A stretch of 49,174 nt of DNA, counting the filler, from Stramenopiles sp. TOSAG23-3 (taxonomy: Eukaryota): NCBI GenBank assembly GCA_900128585.1. It is 4 parts of 4 records of this genome, joined end to end, with 100 filler letters (N's around TTAATTAATTAA, not from the genome) between each part and the next. Parts side by side here need not be neighbours in the genome. Positions count along the whole stretch, not along the records: positions 1 to 22,471 come from LT642336.1; positions 22,572 to 45,000 come from LT642337.1; 2 more parts are not named here. One strand, 5' to 3'. The notes beneath the pieces are model-generated. The model had not been told where the DNA came from, did no database searches, and saw nothing but the letters and a program-made list of their open reading frames with translations. Every line of letters begins with the position of its first letter. The first letter of the stretch is position 1. Shown piece after piece: positions 20,475 to 29,734 of the stretch. The position numbers and the translations under genes were made by a program.

Positions 20475-22175
20475 ATGCTGAAAGTAGTGTCCACCGTAGA
20501 CACGGCAGACATTCTGCAAAAATCGCCATTGAAGTATAACTATTCTGTCACTAGTCCTACGTCGATCGGTCGACTGAAGGAAGAACCCTCAGCGTTTGAA
20601 CTTGCAGACAATAATCTAGAGGGAGGTTCCACTTTCATATTCGATGGTGTGCCTACAAAAAACGTGAGCGGTACGAACCGTAGTCGGTCCGCAGAGCTGG
20701 TCCCACCTCCCGGCACGTTTATTCCGGCAGGTTATCACTACAACCCGAAGGTTTCTTCAACAGTTTCAATTGTAAATAGAAGTGATCGGTACAGGAAACG
20801 TTATGCGCAGGTAGAAAAGGCAAAATTGCAGAAGAAAAATCCCTCGTTGTTTTACTGGCAGGCAAAAAAAGCACAAGAAAGGAGCGTTGAGAAAATGAAA
20901 GATAGGAACATGATGTCACGGTTAAGGCAATGGAGCGAGAACGGCAAGCCTTCGCGCAAGCCAAAGGCAGAAACGAAGCGAAAAAAGAAGGAGCCTCCGT
21001 CTTGGTACACGGGGGGAAAAGAGGCGGAGAAACCGAAGACCCCGCCGAAGAAAGAAAAGGTTCGAAAGCAGTACACGGTGCTCAGGTATGAGAAGAAAAT
21101 GTTGGTTGACACGACGTGGGTGGATGGGGGGGAAGCTGCTAGGGTAAAGGCAGGGCAAGCCGTAGCGCTTCGAGAAATGGCCATTGGTGAACTGGAGCAG
21201 CACATGATTCGCGCCCGTGTAGACGGGGTTTTGTACATGAACGGGCCAAAGAACCAATTCTCAAAGTATCTGAAGCTGTTTAAAAAAATCACTTCCTCCA
21301 CAATCGCCGTTTGCGAAGCAATCCAGTCGTGGAGAAGGCAGCTGCACAGTGGTGCCAGAATAAATTACCAAAAATCGTGCAAACTGATGGAGCGCCCACA
21401 GTTTACGTGGTCGTACATGAGGCAATTGCAAGGTAGCGCTGGGAAGAAAAGAACAACGGTCAATTACATGAAAAAAATGTTGGACGACATGGACATTATG
21501 TTTCTGAAAGGCCAGACTGAGATCCTCGGCCTGCTTGGGCACGAGCCTGAACTCTTGCTTGGTCCATCTCGTGCGGGAATTTCGGCAAACTTCATCATGG
21601 GGGTTCCCGTTTGCCCGTTGTTGCTGCCTTGCACGCTGCAGGAAATCGCGAACGGTGCCACACCTCGGGACCAGACCCTGCGCCCTTTAAAGACCCTGGA
21701 GATGTGGCCCAAGAATGATCCCGCAATATGGTATGGGATCAACCCAGATCGGGTACGGTTTGCAGCACAGTACCTCCTGGAAGAGGAAGAACACGAGCTC
21801 AAACTCACCCAGCTTCAGCGTGGCACGTTGGACGCGCTGTCCACTGTTCTAAAGAACGGACGGGCAAAGACGGGGCGCTACAACACGAACACGGCAATGT
21901 CGGATCTGCTGGCGAAAAACATGATCCTCAACGGGGACGTAAAAGTAGAGCCACAGGTCGGCGTTGCCCTTACAGAGATCACAAGAGAAAGGCTGCTCCA
22001 GCAACTGCAGGTAAAACTAGAAAAGGCCAAGCAGACTTTGCGCGAAGCGGTAGGGGACAGTGAAATAGTTGCACGGAAAGCAAGGGTCGATCACTTGAAG
22101 TTCTGCATTGAACGAGCGAGGAAACAGCTGAAAAAGGCAAAGCGGGATACAGTGTTTGTGCCAGTTAAGGACTGA
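20475..22175 (+). CDS. Uncharacterised basic, helical protein (566 aa)
   Basis: Long ORF in a GC-richer island; first ATG 20475 (track starts at TTG 20451); no family named with confidence. Confidence 0.85.
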   Translation: MLKVVSTVDTADILQKSPLKYNYSVTSPTSIGRLKEEPSAFELADNNLEGGSTFIFDGVPTKNVSGTNRSRSAELVPPPGTFIPAGYHYNPKVSSTVSIVNRSDRYRKRYAQVEKAKLQKKNPSLFYWQAKKAQERSVEKMKDRNMMSRLRQWSENGKPSRKPKAETKRKKKEPPSWYTGGKEAEKPKTPPKKEKVRKQYTVLRYEKKMLVDTTWVDGGEAARVKAGQAVALREMAIGELEQHMIRARVDGVLYMNGPKNQFSKYLKLFKKITSSTIAVCEAIQSWRRQLHSGARINYQKSCKLMERPQFTWSYMRQLQGSAGKKRTTVNYMKKMLDDMDIMFLKGQTEILGLLGHEPELLLGPSRAGISANFIMGVPVCPLLLPCTLQEIANGATPRDQTLRPLKTLEMWPKNDPAIWYGINPDRVRFAAQYLLEEEEHELKLTQLQRGTLDALSTVLKNGRAKTGRYNTNTAMSDLLAKNMILNGDVKVEPQVGVALTEITRERLLQQLQVKLEKAKQTLREAVGDSEIVARKARVDHLKFCIERARKQLKKAKRDTVFVPVKD

Positions 22176-22471
22176 AGAAGAGGAGGGGGGGCTGGGCTGC
22201 CTGTCCTAATAAATTTCGATATTTATCATAATAGCCGCCTGGTTATAAAATAATAAAATAACAGATTTTTTTTTTACATCTTTATTATAGGTATTTTTTT
22301 ATTTACTGAAGTACAATATTTTGTACTTCATTTATTACAATCGAGCCGCCAGAGAGAAAAAAAATATAATACAAACACAGCATCGGTAACGGAGAGAGAC
22401 GAAATATTGCAATGTTCAGTATCTTTGGCGCGGAATGAAAAATAGCGAAGGACTTTATGTTAACTATTTCA

Positions 22472-22571
22472 NNNNNNNNNNNNNNNNNNNNNNNNNNNNN
22501 NNNNNNNNNNNNNNNTTAATTAATTAANNNNNNNNNNNNNNNNNNNNNNNNNNNNNNNNNNNNNNNNNNNN
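22472..22571. other. Artificial contig linker 44N-TTAATTAATTAA-44N
   Basis: Exactly 100 nt; the 12-mer gives stops in all six frames; identical at three places. Confidence 0.97.
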
Positions 22572-22778
22572 TTTGATAGACAAATAATTCCCTTAAAACC
22601 AGCAGGGTCATCGTGCCGGAGGTACTTTTAATAATTATTAATAATAATAATAATAATAATTTTTAAAAATATTAAATAAAAAATAAAAATAAAAAGAGAG
22701 AAAAGAAAGAAAGAACTATAATCTATAAAATGTATATATAACGAAATAATTGTATTCTATTTTTTAATTATACCTATT

Positions 22779-22931
22779 AAGAAGAAGGAAAGAAAAGAAG
22801 GAAGGAAAGAAGGAAGGAAAGAAGGAAGGAAAGAAGGAAGGAAGGAAAGAAGGAAAGAAGGAAGGAAGGAAGGAAAGAAGGAAAGAAGGAAAGAAGGAAG
22901 GAAAGAAGGAAAGAAGGAAAAAAGGAAGGAA
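22779..22931 (+). repeat. (GGAA/GAAA)n polypurine microsatellite
   Basis: Direct reading: aagaaggaaggaaagaagg... Confidence 0.95.
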
Positions 22932-23112
22932 TACTATATTTTTACAGAGAAGATCTCTGTAAAAATAATTATCTATCCATCCTCCTCGTATTTATTGTAA
23001 TTGTATATAATAGCTATAGATAGGACTAAAACTAGAGGGCCATACTGTAATACGTACCCACATAATGACATATATTAGACGACTATAGCTATAACTAGAA
23101 CGACTATAATAA

Positions 23113-23311
23113 GAGAGAAGCAAGAGAAGGAAAAAGAAGAAGAAGAAGAAGAAGAAGAAGAAGAAGAATGAAGAAGAAGAAGAAGAAGAATTAAAAAAAG
23201 AAGAAGAGAAAGAAGAAGAATGAAGAAGAGAAAGAAGAAGAAGAAGAAGAAGAAGAAGAAGAAGAAGAAGAAGAAGAAGAAGAGAAAGAAGAAGAAGAGA
23301 AAGAGAAGAAG
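23113..23311 (+). repeat. (GAA)n polypurine microsatellite
   Basis: Direct reading. Confidence 0.95.
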
Positions 23312-23926
23312 TAAAAAATCTGATTGATTGATTGATTGATGGGGAATATTTTAGAATTTCTTTATTCTATGTAAAGTTATTTAGATACTGTACAGTTAAC
23401 TATAAAAATAATATATTTATATAATTCCTTATTTATTTAGAATTGAGGTAGGTGCAGGAGTTTAGATTATTAGAGATAGAGACTCATCATCATAAAAAGA
23501 TCAAAACGAATAAAAAAATAGAAAAGTAAGAATACGGCTAAACTACAACATTTATAAAGAGACAATGAGAATAGTAAGTAGTTTAAATAGAATAGACACA
23601 ACAGGAGGATGAGGAGGAGGTAGTAATAATTAAAAAAAAAATAATAAAAAATAAAAATAAAAAAATATAATACAAACAACCAACTCAAAACTGAATGAAA
23701 CAACGAAGAAAAAAGAAGAATGAACAACATGATCGATCTTATACTATGTAAATACTACTTCATACACAACAAGGAAAAGAAAGAAAACGAGAAGAAACTA
23801 GTTAGTGAAGAAATGCTTTTGAAATCAAACAAGTCTATAGTTGTAGTATAAGTTTTACAGACCTGACACTTACTCTGACGCCAACGACGTTACCCCTTCC
23901 TGCCCAACGAACGTTTCACGACGACC

Positions 23927-26764
23927 ATGAACTTGACAGCAGCCTCCCGTATTGGGAACGCCAACTCCGGCAACGCGGCCGGGGACGGCGCGACCGCCTT
24001 GCGGTTCAAACGGGTCGGCCAGCAGCAACAGCAGCTGCCCTCACAAGTTAACGGTCAGCCCCGCTCCTTGGAAAAGTCGGGGAAAGAGTACGCCAGGATC
24101 TTGTATCTGTTGGAAACGGCCCTGGCCAGCCATCACGTCAAAGTTACCCATGTCCAAGTGTGGGACGTCTCTCAACCGACGATTGTAGAACAGTTTGAGC
24201 GCGAGGTCCGGCGCTGCCCGGGGGTGGTCCCCCTCGATGCCTGGGTCGACGTCGACAGCTTGAACGCCAACAATTCCGAAGAGAACGTGTTTCGCCGGGG
24301 CTTCACCTTTCCAGAAAACGACGAAGGGATGCTGTTCCCGACTGGAACCCTGCGAATCGCACCGCCACCAGTGGACGGAGAGTCGGGCCTTCACCGTTTC
24401 ATCCTGTCGCAGATATTTACGGGGCGAGCGTACCCGAAAGACGACCCGAACCAGAAAAACATTCTCCCTGCCGGGTACGATAGTTTGTACTTGTTTGACA
24501 GCCAAAGCCTCGAGGACGACCACATGCTAGACTCTTACTCGCACGAATACATCCTCACGCGTCCTACGCAGGTGTGGCCGCAGTACGTCGTACATTTTAC
24601 CATTGCGGCGCTGACGGAAGAGGACCGCGCGCGCCAGGGCCGGGCAAAGGCGGCGCACCACAACCAGAACACGGACGTCATGGGTGACATTTTAGAACTG
24701 CTTGACCGAAAGCTGCACTGGGGGCAGGATGGCGTGCGAATGAAGCTGTCGGGTGTTGCGGCGCTCCAGAACGAGCTGAGCCGGGCCGCAGACGAATACA
24801 ACAACTCGATCGTGGCCTCCCAGCGGAGAGACCCCACCCTGGAATCGGTGAAGACGCAAATAAAGGAGCAGCTGTCGACCCTGAACGATAAACTTGCCCA
24901 GGTGAAGAAAAATTCGGCCTTGGTGGAGGAGACGGTGTACCAGATATTGCAGGAGGCCTTGTTTCAGTTGCAGGACGAAACCCAGCGTAAATTGAACATG
25001 CTGCTCGGGGAAGAGCTGGAGCTGCGCCGCCGGTTTGCGCACATCGAGTGGTCCGAAGCCCGCATGGCGAAAGCCCGGGAAGAAATGGCACCGCCGGACT
25101 TCGTCCACGCATGGGACCACCACTTAGAGTCGCGCAAGCGCATGTACGCGTACCGAGACATGGGCGCGTCGGTGCTCAACGATGTCCATGCAGACATCAA
25201 CGTCGTTGGGGGTGTCCAGATTGTCGTGGAAAACAGGTCCCAGCTGGGGGCCGTGTCCGGCCCTGCGGGTGCGACGGACCTGCTCCGCTTGAAAGGAGAC
25301 AGCCGTGGTGGCCGCGGGGCCCAAATGGATGCCAGCTCGGAATTCCGAAAAGCTGTGTTCAGCAATGGGGGGGACCCCCAAAGGGACCCGTACGCGAACC
25401 CAGAGGTTGCCAACTCGCCTGCGTCGCACTTGATTGCCTCCATGCGGCGAAACATGGAAGACGCAGGGGCGTCGGGATTCGTCATGAACAATGGGTCCGA
25501 GTCCCCACACGTGGCGGGCATGGGCCTCAGCTCGTCGACCCTGCAATCCCAGGATTCCCGGAGTTGGCTGAGGCGCACCCAGCCCACTGGCTCGGCTGCG
25601 AACAATGAAGCGAAAGAGCCGGAGGAGACGCAGATGGACAACGTGTGGATGTCAGCGCTTCGGGAAAAGGCCGGCGTCCCGGCCCCTGCGAACGAAGCAC
25701 CCCCTCCCCCCGTGGATTTGGGGTCCGCCCCTCCTTCTCGGAGCCAGCCCGCGCCGGCGCGGAATCAGGCCAGTACTCCACGGAACCGGGGCACCACGTC
25801 CTCCCCGGGACGAAAGAGTGGTGGTAGGATGGAACGGTTTAAGCGCCAATACTCGTTGACAAATGAATCCGAGCGCCGTTCCCGTACTTTTGTTGCACAG
25901 AGCAACGGCCAGTATGGCTCCGCCGACGAATTGTCGGAAGCATTGGGAGCGTTGATGTTCCCCAACTCCCGTATTTTGACGCCAGAAGAGTCCCAAAAGC
26001 TGTACTTTTGCCTTCCCCAGCGTCTCGCTGGAGAGAGCAACAACTGCAGCCACCTGGCATACGCTTCCTACGAGAACGAAGGAAACGTAACTGTGTCGGG
26101 CCTGATGGATTCTATGCCGCACCCCGCGAGCACCGCGAAGGACTCGGCCGGGTGTTTATTTATTGCCCGCAGTGGCGACAACGTGTTTGGTGCTTACAGT
26201 CACTTCGTCCTCCCACACGATGGCCTGTACGGGGGCAGTGACAAAAATTTCTTGTTTTCCCTCACAAAGGACATGAAAATACCCTACCATGGACGACGGA
26301 CTGTAAAGAAACCAACGGCCCAGGAGCTCAAGCCGGTATTTACCCAGCTGCACCAGCTGGAGCAAGAAGGCACCGAAGAGAGCTTTCCTGGCCAGTTCGG
26401 TGACACAGAAGCAGAAGCTCAAGAGAAGGCTGATGCATTCCTAGCGGACATGGCCAAAAATGGATGGGAAAGTTTGTTCGTAGACGAAAACACCATTCGC
26501 TTTGGATCGACGGATTTAGTTCTTTCTGGGGATTTGTCGAACTGCTCAAGTCAGCTGGAGCAATCGTACGGCTTTGGCATGGCAAATGCGGACGCACGGA
26601 CGTTGCTTGCTGGGGGGAGCAGTTTCAGGATACAAGAATTAGAGGTTTACATTGTTGGTAATCCACAGAGTCACGAGGATGATCAGACCTACAACGACGG
26701 GTCTGGAGGATACCAGCCGGAACATTTCAGTCCAGGAGAGCACAATTCCATGGGGGCGTACTAG
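23927..26764 (+). CDS. Multi-domain protein: PARP/ART-like N-terminal domain, coiled coil, disordered linker, C-terminal TLDc domain
   Basis: TLDc hallmarks LFIARSGDNVFGAYS, GSDKNFLFSL, IRFGSTDL and LAGGSSFRIQELEVY; N-terminal FILSQIFTGRAY...GYDSLYL...HEYIL...QVWPQYVVHF resembles the end of the PARP catalytic fold. Confidence 0.85.
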   Translation: MNLTAASRIGNANSGNAAGDGATALRFKRVGQQQQQLPSQVNGQPRSLEKSGKEYARILYLLETALASHHVKVTHVQVWDVSQPTIVEQFEREVRRCPGVVPLDAWVDVDSLNANNSEENVFRRGFTFPENDEGMLFPTGTLRIAPPPVDGESGLHRFILSQIFTGRAYPKDDPNQKNILPAGYDSLYLFDSQSLEDDHMLDSYSHEYILTRPTQVWPQYVVHFTIAALTEEDRARQGRAKAAHHNQNTDVMGDILELLDRKLHWGQDGVRMKLSGVAALQNELSRAADEYNNSIVASQRRDPTLESVKTQIKEQLSTLNDKLAQVKKNSALVEETVYQILQEALFQLQDETQRKLNMLLGEELELRRRFAHIEWSEARMAKAREEMAPPDFVHAWDHHLESRKRMYAYRDMGASVLNDVHADINVVGGVQIVVENRSQLGAVSGPAGATDLLRLKGDSRGGRGAQMDASSEFRKAVFSNGGDPQRDPYANPEVANSPASHLIASMRRNMEDAGASGFVMNNGSESPHVAGMGLSSSTLQSQDSRSWLRRTQPTGSAANNEAKEPEETQMDNVWMSALREKAGVPAPANEAPPPPVDLGSAPPSRSQPAPARNQASTPRNRGTTSSPGRKSGGRMERFKRQYSLTNESERRSRTFVAQSNGQYGSADELSEALGALMFPNSRILTPEESQKLYFCLPQRLAGESNNCSHLAYASYENEGNVTVSGLMDSMPHPASTAKDSAGCLFIARSGDNVFGAYSHFVLPHDGLYGGSDKNFLFSLTKDMKIPYHGRRTVKKPTAQELKPVFTQLHQLEQEGTEESFPGQFGDTEAEAQEKADAFLADMAKNGWESLFVDENTIRFGSTDLVLSGDLSNCSSQLEQSYGFGMANADARTLLAGGSSFRIQELEVYIVGNPQSHEDDQTYNDGSGGYQPEHFSPGEHNSMGAY

Positions 26765-26808
26765 AGAAAGTAAAGCCAGACAGGGCCCACCTGTAGATGT
26801 GAATATTT

Positions 26809-26865
26809 TTAAAAACAAAAAACTGGCCCCTGTTATTTTTAAGTAAATTAAAATTTATCTTCCTC
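26809..26865 (+). repeat. Dispersed 3'-end element B
   Basis: TTAAAAACAAAAAACTGGCCCCTGTTATTTTTAAGTAAATTAAAATTTATCTTCCTC; shorter copies at 41669-41699 and 48987-49001. Confidence 0.75.
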
Positions 26866-27257
26866 ATGTACCGCGAAAATGAATCTGCTCCTTTTGTCCA
26901 TTAAATATTTTTACAAATACTACTCTTGATTCTTTTAATGAGAAACATAATTCACATATGTGCGCTACTCTAATCAATTTATGACGCATTTCTGTCTTTT
27001 CAGGGAATTACTTCTCGATAGAATACATACGAAATGCCATCATCGGTCATCATCAGTGAACCCTCTGCCAGGTTGGTATTATGTAGAATAGCAGGCAGCC
27101 GCGGTATGGAAGAAACATCGTAATTGTGTTTTCAAGGGGGAAATAGTACCACGATATTTACTAAAAATATTATTTTTTATGAAACAGTTAGGCAGCGTAT
27201 TTAGATTTAAACGGTGAAAATGCCATACTATGACAATAATGAAACGATTCCGGACGG

Positions 27258-27608
27258 TTAACTCCAGTGGGAACGTTGGTCCTCGTTGAACGCAGACTCC
27301 CCCCAGTTCATAATGCCAAACAAGAGAATAGCTCCCGGCAAGACGTCCAAAAAATTGTCAGTAATTTTATGAGGCGCATTGTGTTGGATTTGTTTGAACA
27401 AAGGACCCAAATGATTCTGCTGAAAGGGGGATAGACTACGGGTGATTTCATTGTTCGTTTTTGCGTGGTAGCCCCACCATTTCTTCAATGCAGCCTGTGG
27501 CATTCCTGGCAACTGTTTCTCTGGGCCTGCAGCTCGGATGGTCGTCTTCGTGACGAATGTACGGCGGCCGGCAATCCCTACAGTACGTTGTGCGGTGTGC
27601 CTCAACAT
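27258..27608 (-). CDS. QCR8: Cytochrome bc1 complex subunit 8 (QCR8/UQCRQ) with a presequence-like N-terminus
   Basis: EITRSLSPFQQ motif, one TM segment (VLPGAILLFGIMNWG); ATG 27608 gives 116 aa. Confidence 0.82.
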   Translation of the reverse strand: MLRHTAQRTVGIAGRRTFVTKTTIRAAGPEKQLPGMPQAALKKWWGYHAKTNNEITRSLSPFQQNHLGPLFKQIQHNAPHKITDNFLDVLPGAILLFGIMNWGESAFNEDQRSHWS

Positions 27609-28245
27609 GGTTTTAAAGTATATATGTGCGAACTGGATAAAAGCTTGCGTGCTATGATCAAACACTTTGACACCCTTTTCCTCTTTCTGAGAGTGATCGT
27701 CGTCCCTAATTTTCTCCAGAAATAGGAACGGAACAAATTCTCAATCACAAATTATAAAATATTTCTGTATTATTTTTTATATTTTCTCTTTTTTTTCTTT
27801 TCTTCTGTTGTTTTTTGTTGTTGTGCTCTCCTACCTCCTCCTCCCTCCTCCTCCATACAAAACAAAACAAAACAAAAAAATAAACCGACGACCCGATCCC
27901 ATCATCAAAATCTCAAATGTTTTGTTATAATGATGCTGTGCTGTTGTATTTAAAAAGGAAGAAATTATATAAAGAATACAATACAACAACGTACGGTTCT
28001 CCAGATCTCCTACATTTTAATGCTATTTAAATTGGTATTTTAATTGTTTTCATTGAAATAATCAAATGCACCCTTTACCAATTTACATCCACCCAAATAT
28101 TAGTATATAAATTAATTATACTTAAAATTATTCCTATTTAAATAATTGAGCCCCACCACCTACCTCCTTTTCCTGCCTGGGTTTTTTGTTCTTGTTCATC
28201 TCCTCCTTCAAAAAAGAAGAAGTTGTTATGACTCCAATGACAGGT

Positions 28246-28348
28246 CGTCTTTCTTTCTTTCTTTCTTCCTTTCTTTCTTCTTTCTTTCTTTCTTTCTTTC
28301 TTCTTCTTCTTTCTTCTTTCTTCTTCTTTCCTTCTTCTTCTTCTTTCT
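28246..28348 (+). repeat. (CTTT/CTT)n polypyrimidine microsatellite
   Basis: Direct reading. Confidence 0.9.
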
Positions 28349-28585
28349 CGGAATTAATTATTTATGTTAGCGTGATAAACAAAAAATTATAACTCTGTTT
28401 GATAGCATTAGGTTATTTTTACAAGACACCTTGAGAATAATTAGGAGGAGGGAAGGATTCTACGTTTCATTTCCAATTTGGTTTTATAGCAGGACAGTTT
28501 TGTTGTACGAACGTTTGTTTTGGAGTGCTCCTGACCAGTCAGTCTGTGGGAGCGTTAGCATTGGTATCTTTTCCGTGTTGTTCGA

Positions 28586-29506
28586 ATGGCGGGCCTACTC
28601 GGGGCACCCTTTGCCTTGGGGGAATACAAAGACGTAAAAACGGTGCCGCAAGACGATGGGCCTCACCCTGTAGTCCCGATATCCTACTCACAGGGATATG
28701 TTGAGCTGATGGATATTTTTCGCGGGCTTCTCGCGGTCGACGAAGTGTCTGCAAGGGGACTTAGGCTTACCACGGAGCTTATGGGATATAACGCTGCGAA
28801 CTACACCTTGTGGCACTACCGTCGAAAGTGTTTGAAATCTATAGGCGCTGATCTACACGAAGAACTTTCGTGGGTAACGAACATTGGCGGCTCTAACCCA
28901 AAAAATTACCAGATATGGTTCCATAGGAGGGCGTTGGTCGAGCAAATAGGAACCGCGGAGGCTGGACAGCAGGAGTTGCAATACACGGAAATTGTGTTTG
29001 CGGAGGACGCAAAAAATTACCATGCTTGGGGGCACCGCCAGTGGGTATTGGAGCAGTTCAAATTGTACGAAAATGAGCTGGAATTTATTGAATCCTTGCT
29101 AAAGCGGGATGTCCGGAACAATTCTGTTTGGAACCAACGGTGGTTTTACTTCATGAAAACTTTGCCAGAGAACGTTCCAGATAGTATTGTGAAACAAGAA
29201 ATCAACTTTTGCTTTTCAAAATTAGACGTTGCGCTAAAGAACCAAGCTGCGTGGGCGTATTTAGAGGGGTGGATGAGCAAACGCGATTACAAAGATTACC
29301 CAGAGATTGAAGCGTACATTCGTGGAAGAGTTTTGGAACAGAGCAAAGAGGTGGCCCCAGCGTTTAGTGCGTTGATAGATATATTGGAGCAGAAGAAAAC
29401 CCAGGAAGGGAGGAATGAAGCCTTGAAATTGATTGACAATTTGTGCACATTTGACGTCATCCGAAAGAAGTACTGGCTTTTTCGAAAGCGGGAAATCGCC
29501 CAATAA
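28586..29506 (+). CDS. FNTA: Protein farnesyltransferase/geranylgeranyltransferase-I alpha subunit
   Basis: PQDDGPHPVVPISYS and PPTA repeats NAANYTLWHYR, PKNYQIWFHR, AKNYHAWGHRQW, VRNNSVWNQR, DVIRKKYW. Confidence 0.96.
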   Translation: MAGLLGAPFALGEYKDVKTVPQDDGPHPVVPISYSQGYVELMDIFRGLLAVDEVSARGLRLTTELMGYNAANYTLWHYRRKCLKSIGADLHEELSWVTNIGGSNPKNYQIWFHRRALVEQIGTAEAGQQELQYTEIVFAEDAKNYHAWGHRQWVLEQFKLYENELEFIESLLKRDVRNNSVWNQRWFYFMKTLPENVPDSIVKQEINFCFSKLDVALKNQAAWAYLEGWMSKRDYKDYPEIEAYIRGRVLEQSKEVAPAFSALIDILEQKKTQEGRNEALKLIDNLCTFDVIRKKYWLFRKREIAQ

Positions 29507-29734
29507 GGAGCGAGATTAGATATTGAGAAATTTTTGCAAACAAAACGGGGGGGGCGAGAGAAGAGGGGGAGCCGTTCTCTCCAACCGGAACGAAGCATGA
29601 TAAGGATTCGTAGTAAATTATGTATTCCGTTAAGAATGTCTTTTTTAGTAATATATATTTTCTCTTAATCACAGATTGCATAAGTAAAACATTTTTTTAA
29701 TTTTTCCGGAAACACTTCAAGAACTTATACCGGT

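Noticed and set aside
22516-22527. TTAATTAATTAA palindrome as a biological repeat or element terminus (also 45045 and 47132)
   Set aside because: Always centred in exactly 44+44 N and encodes stops in six frames; it is an assembly linker.
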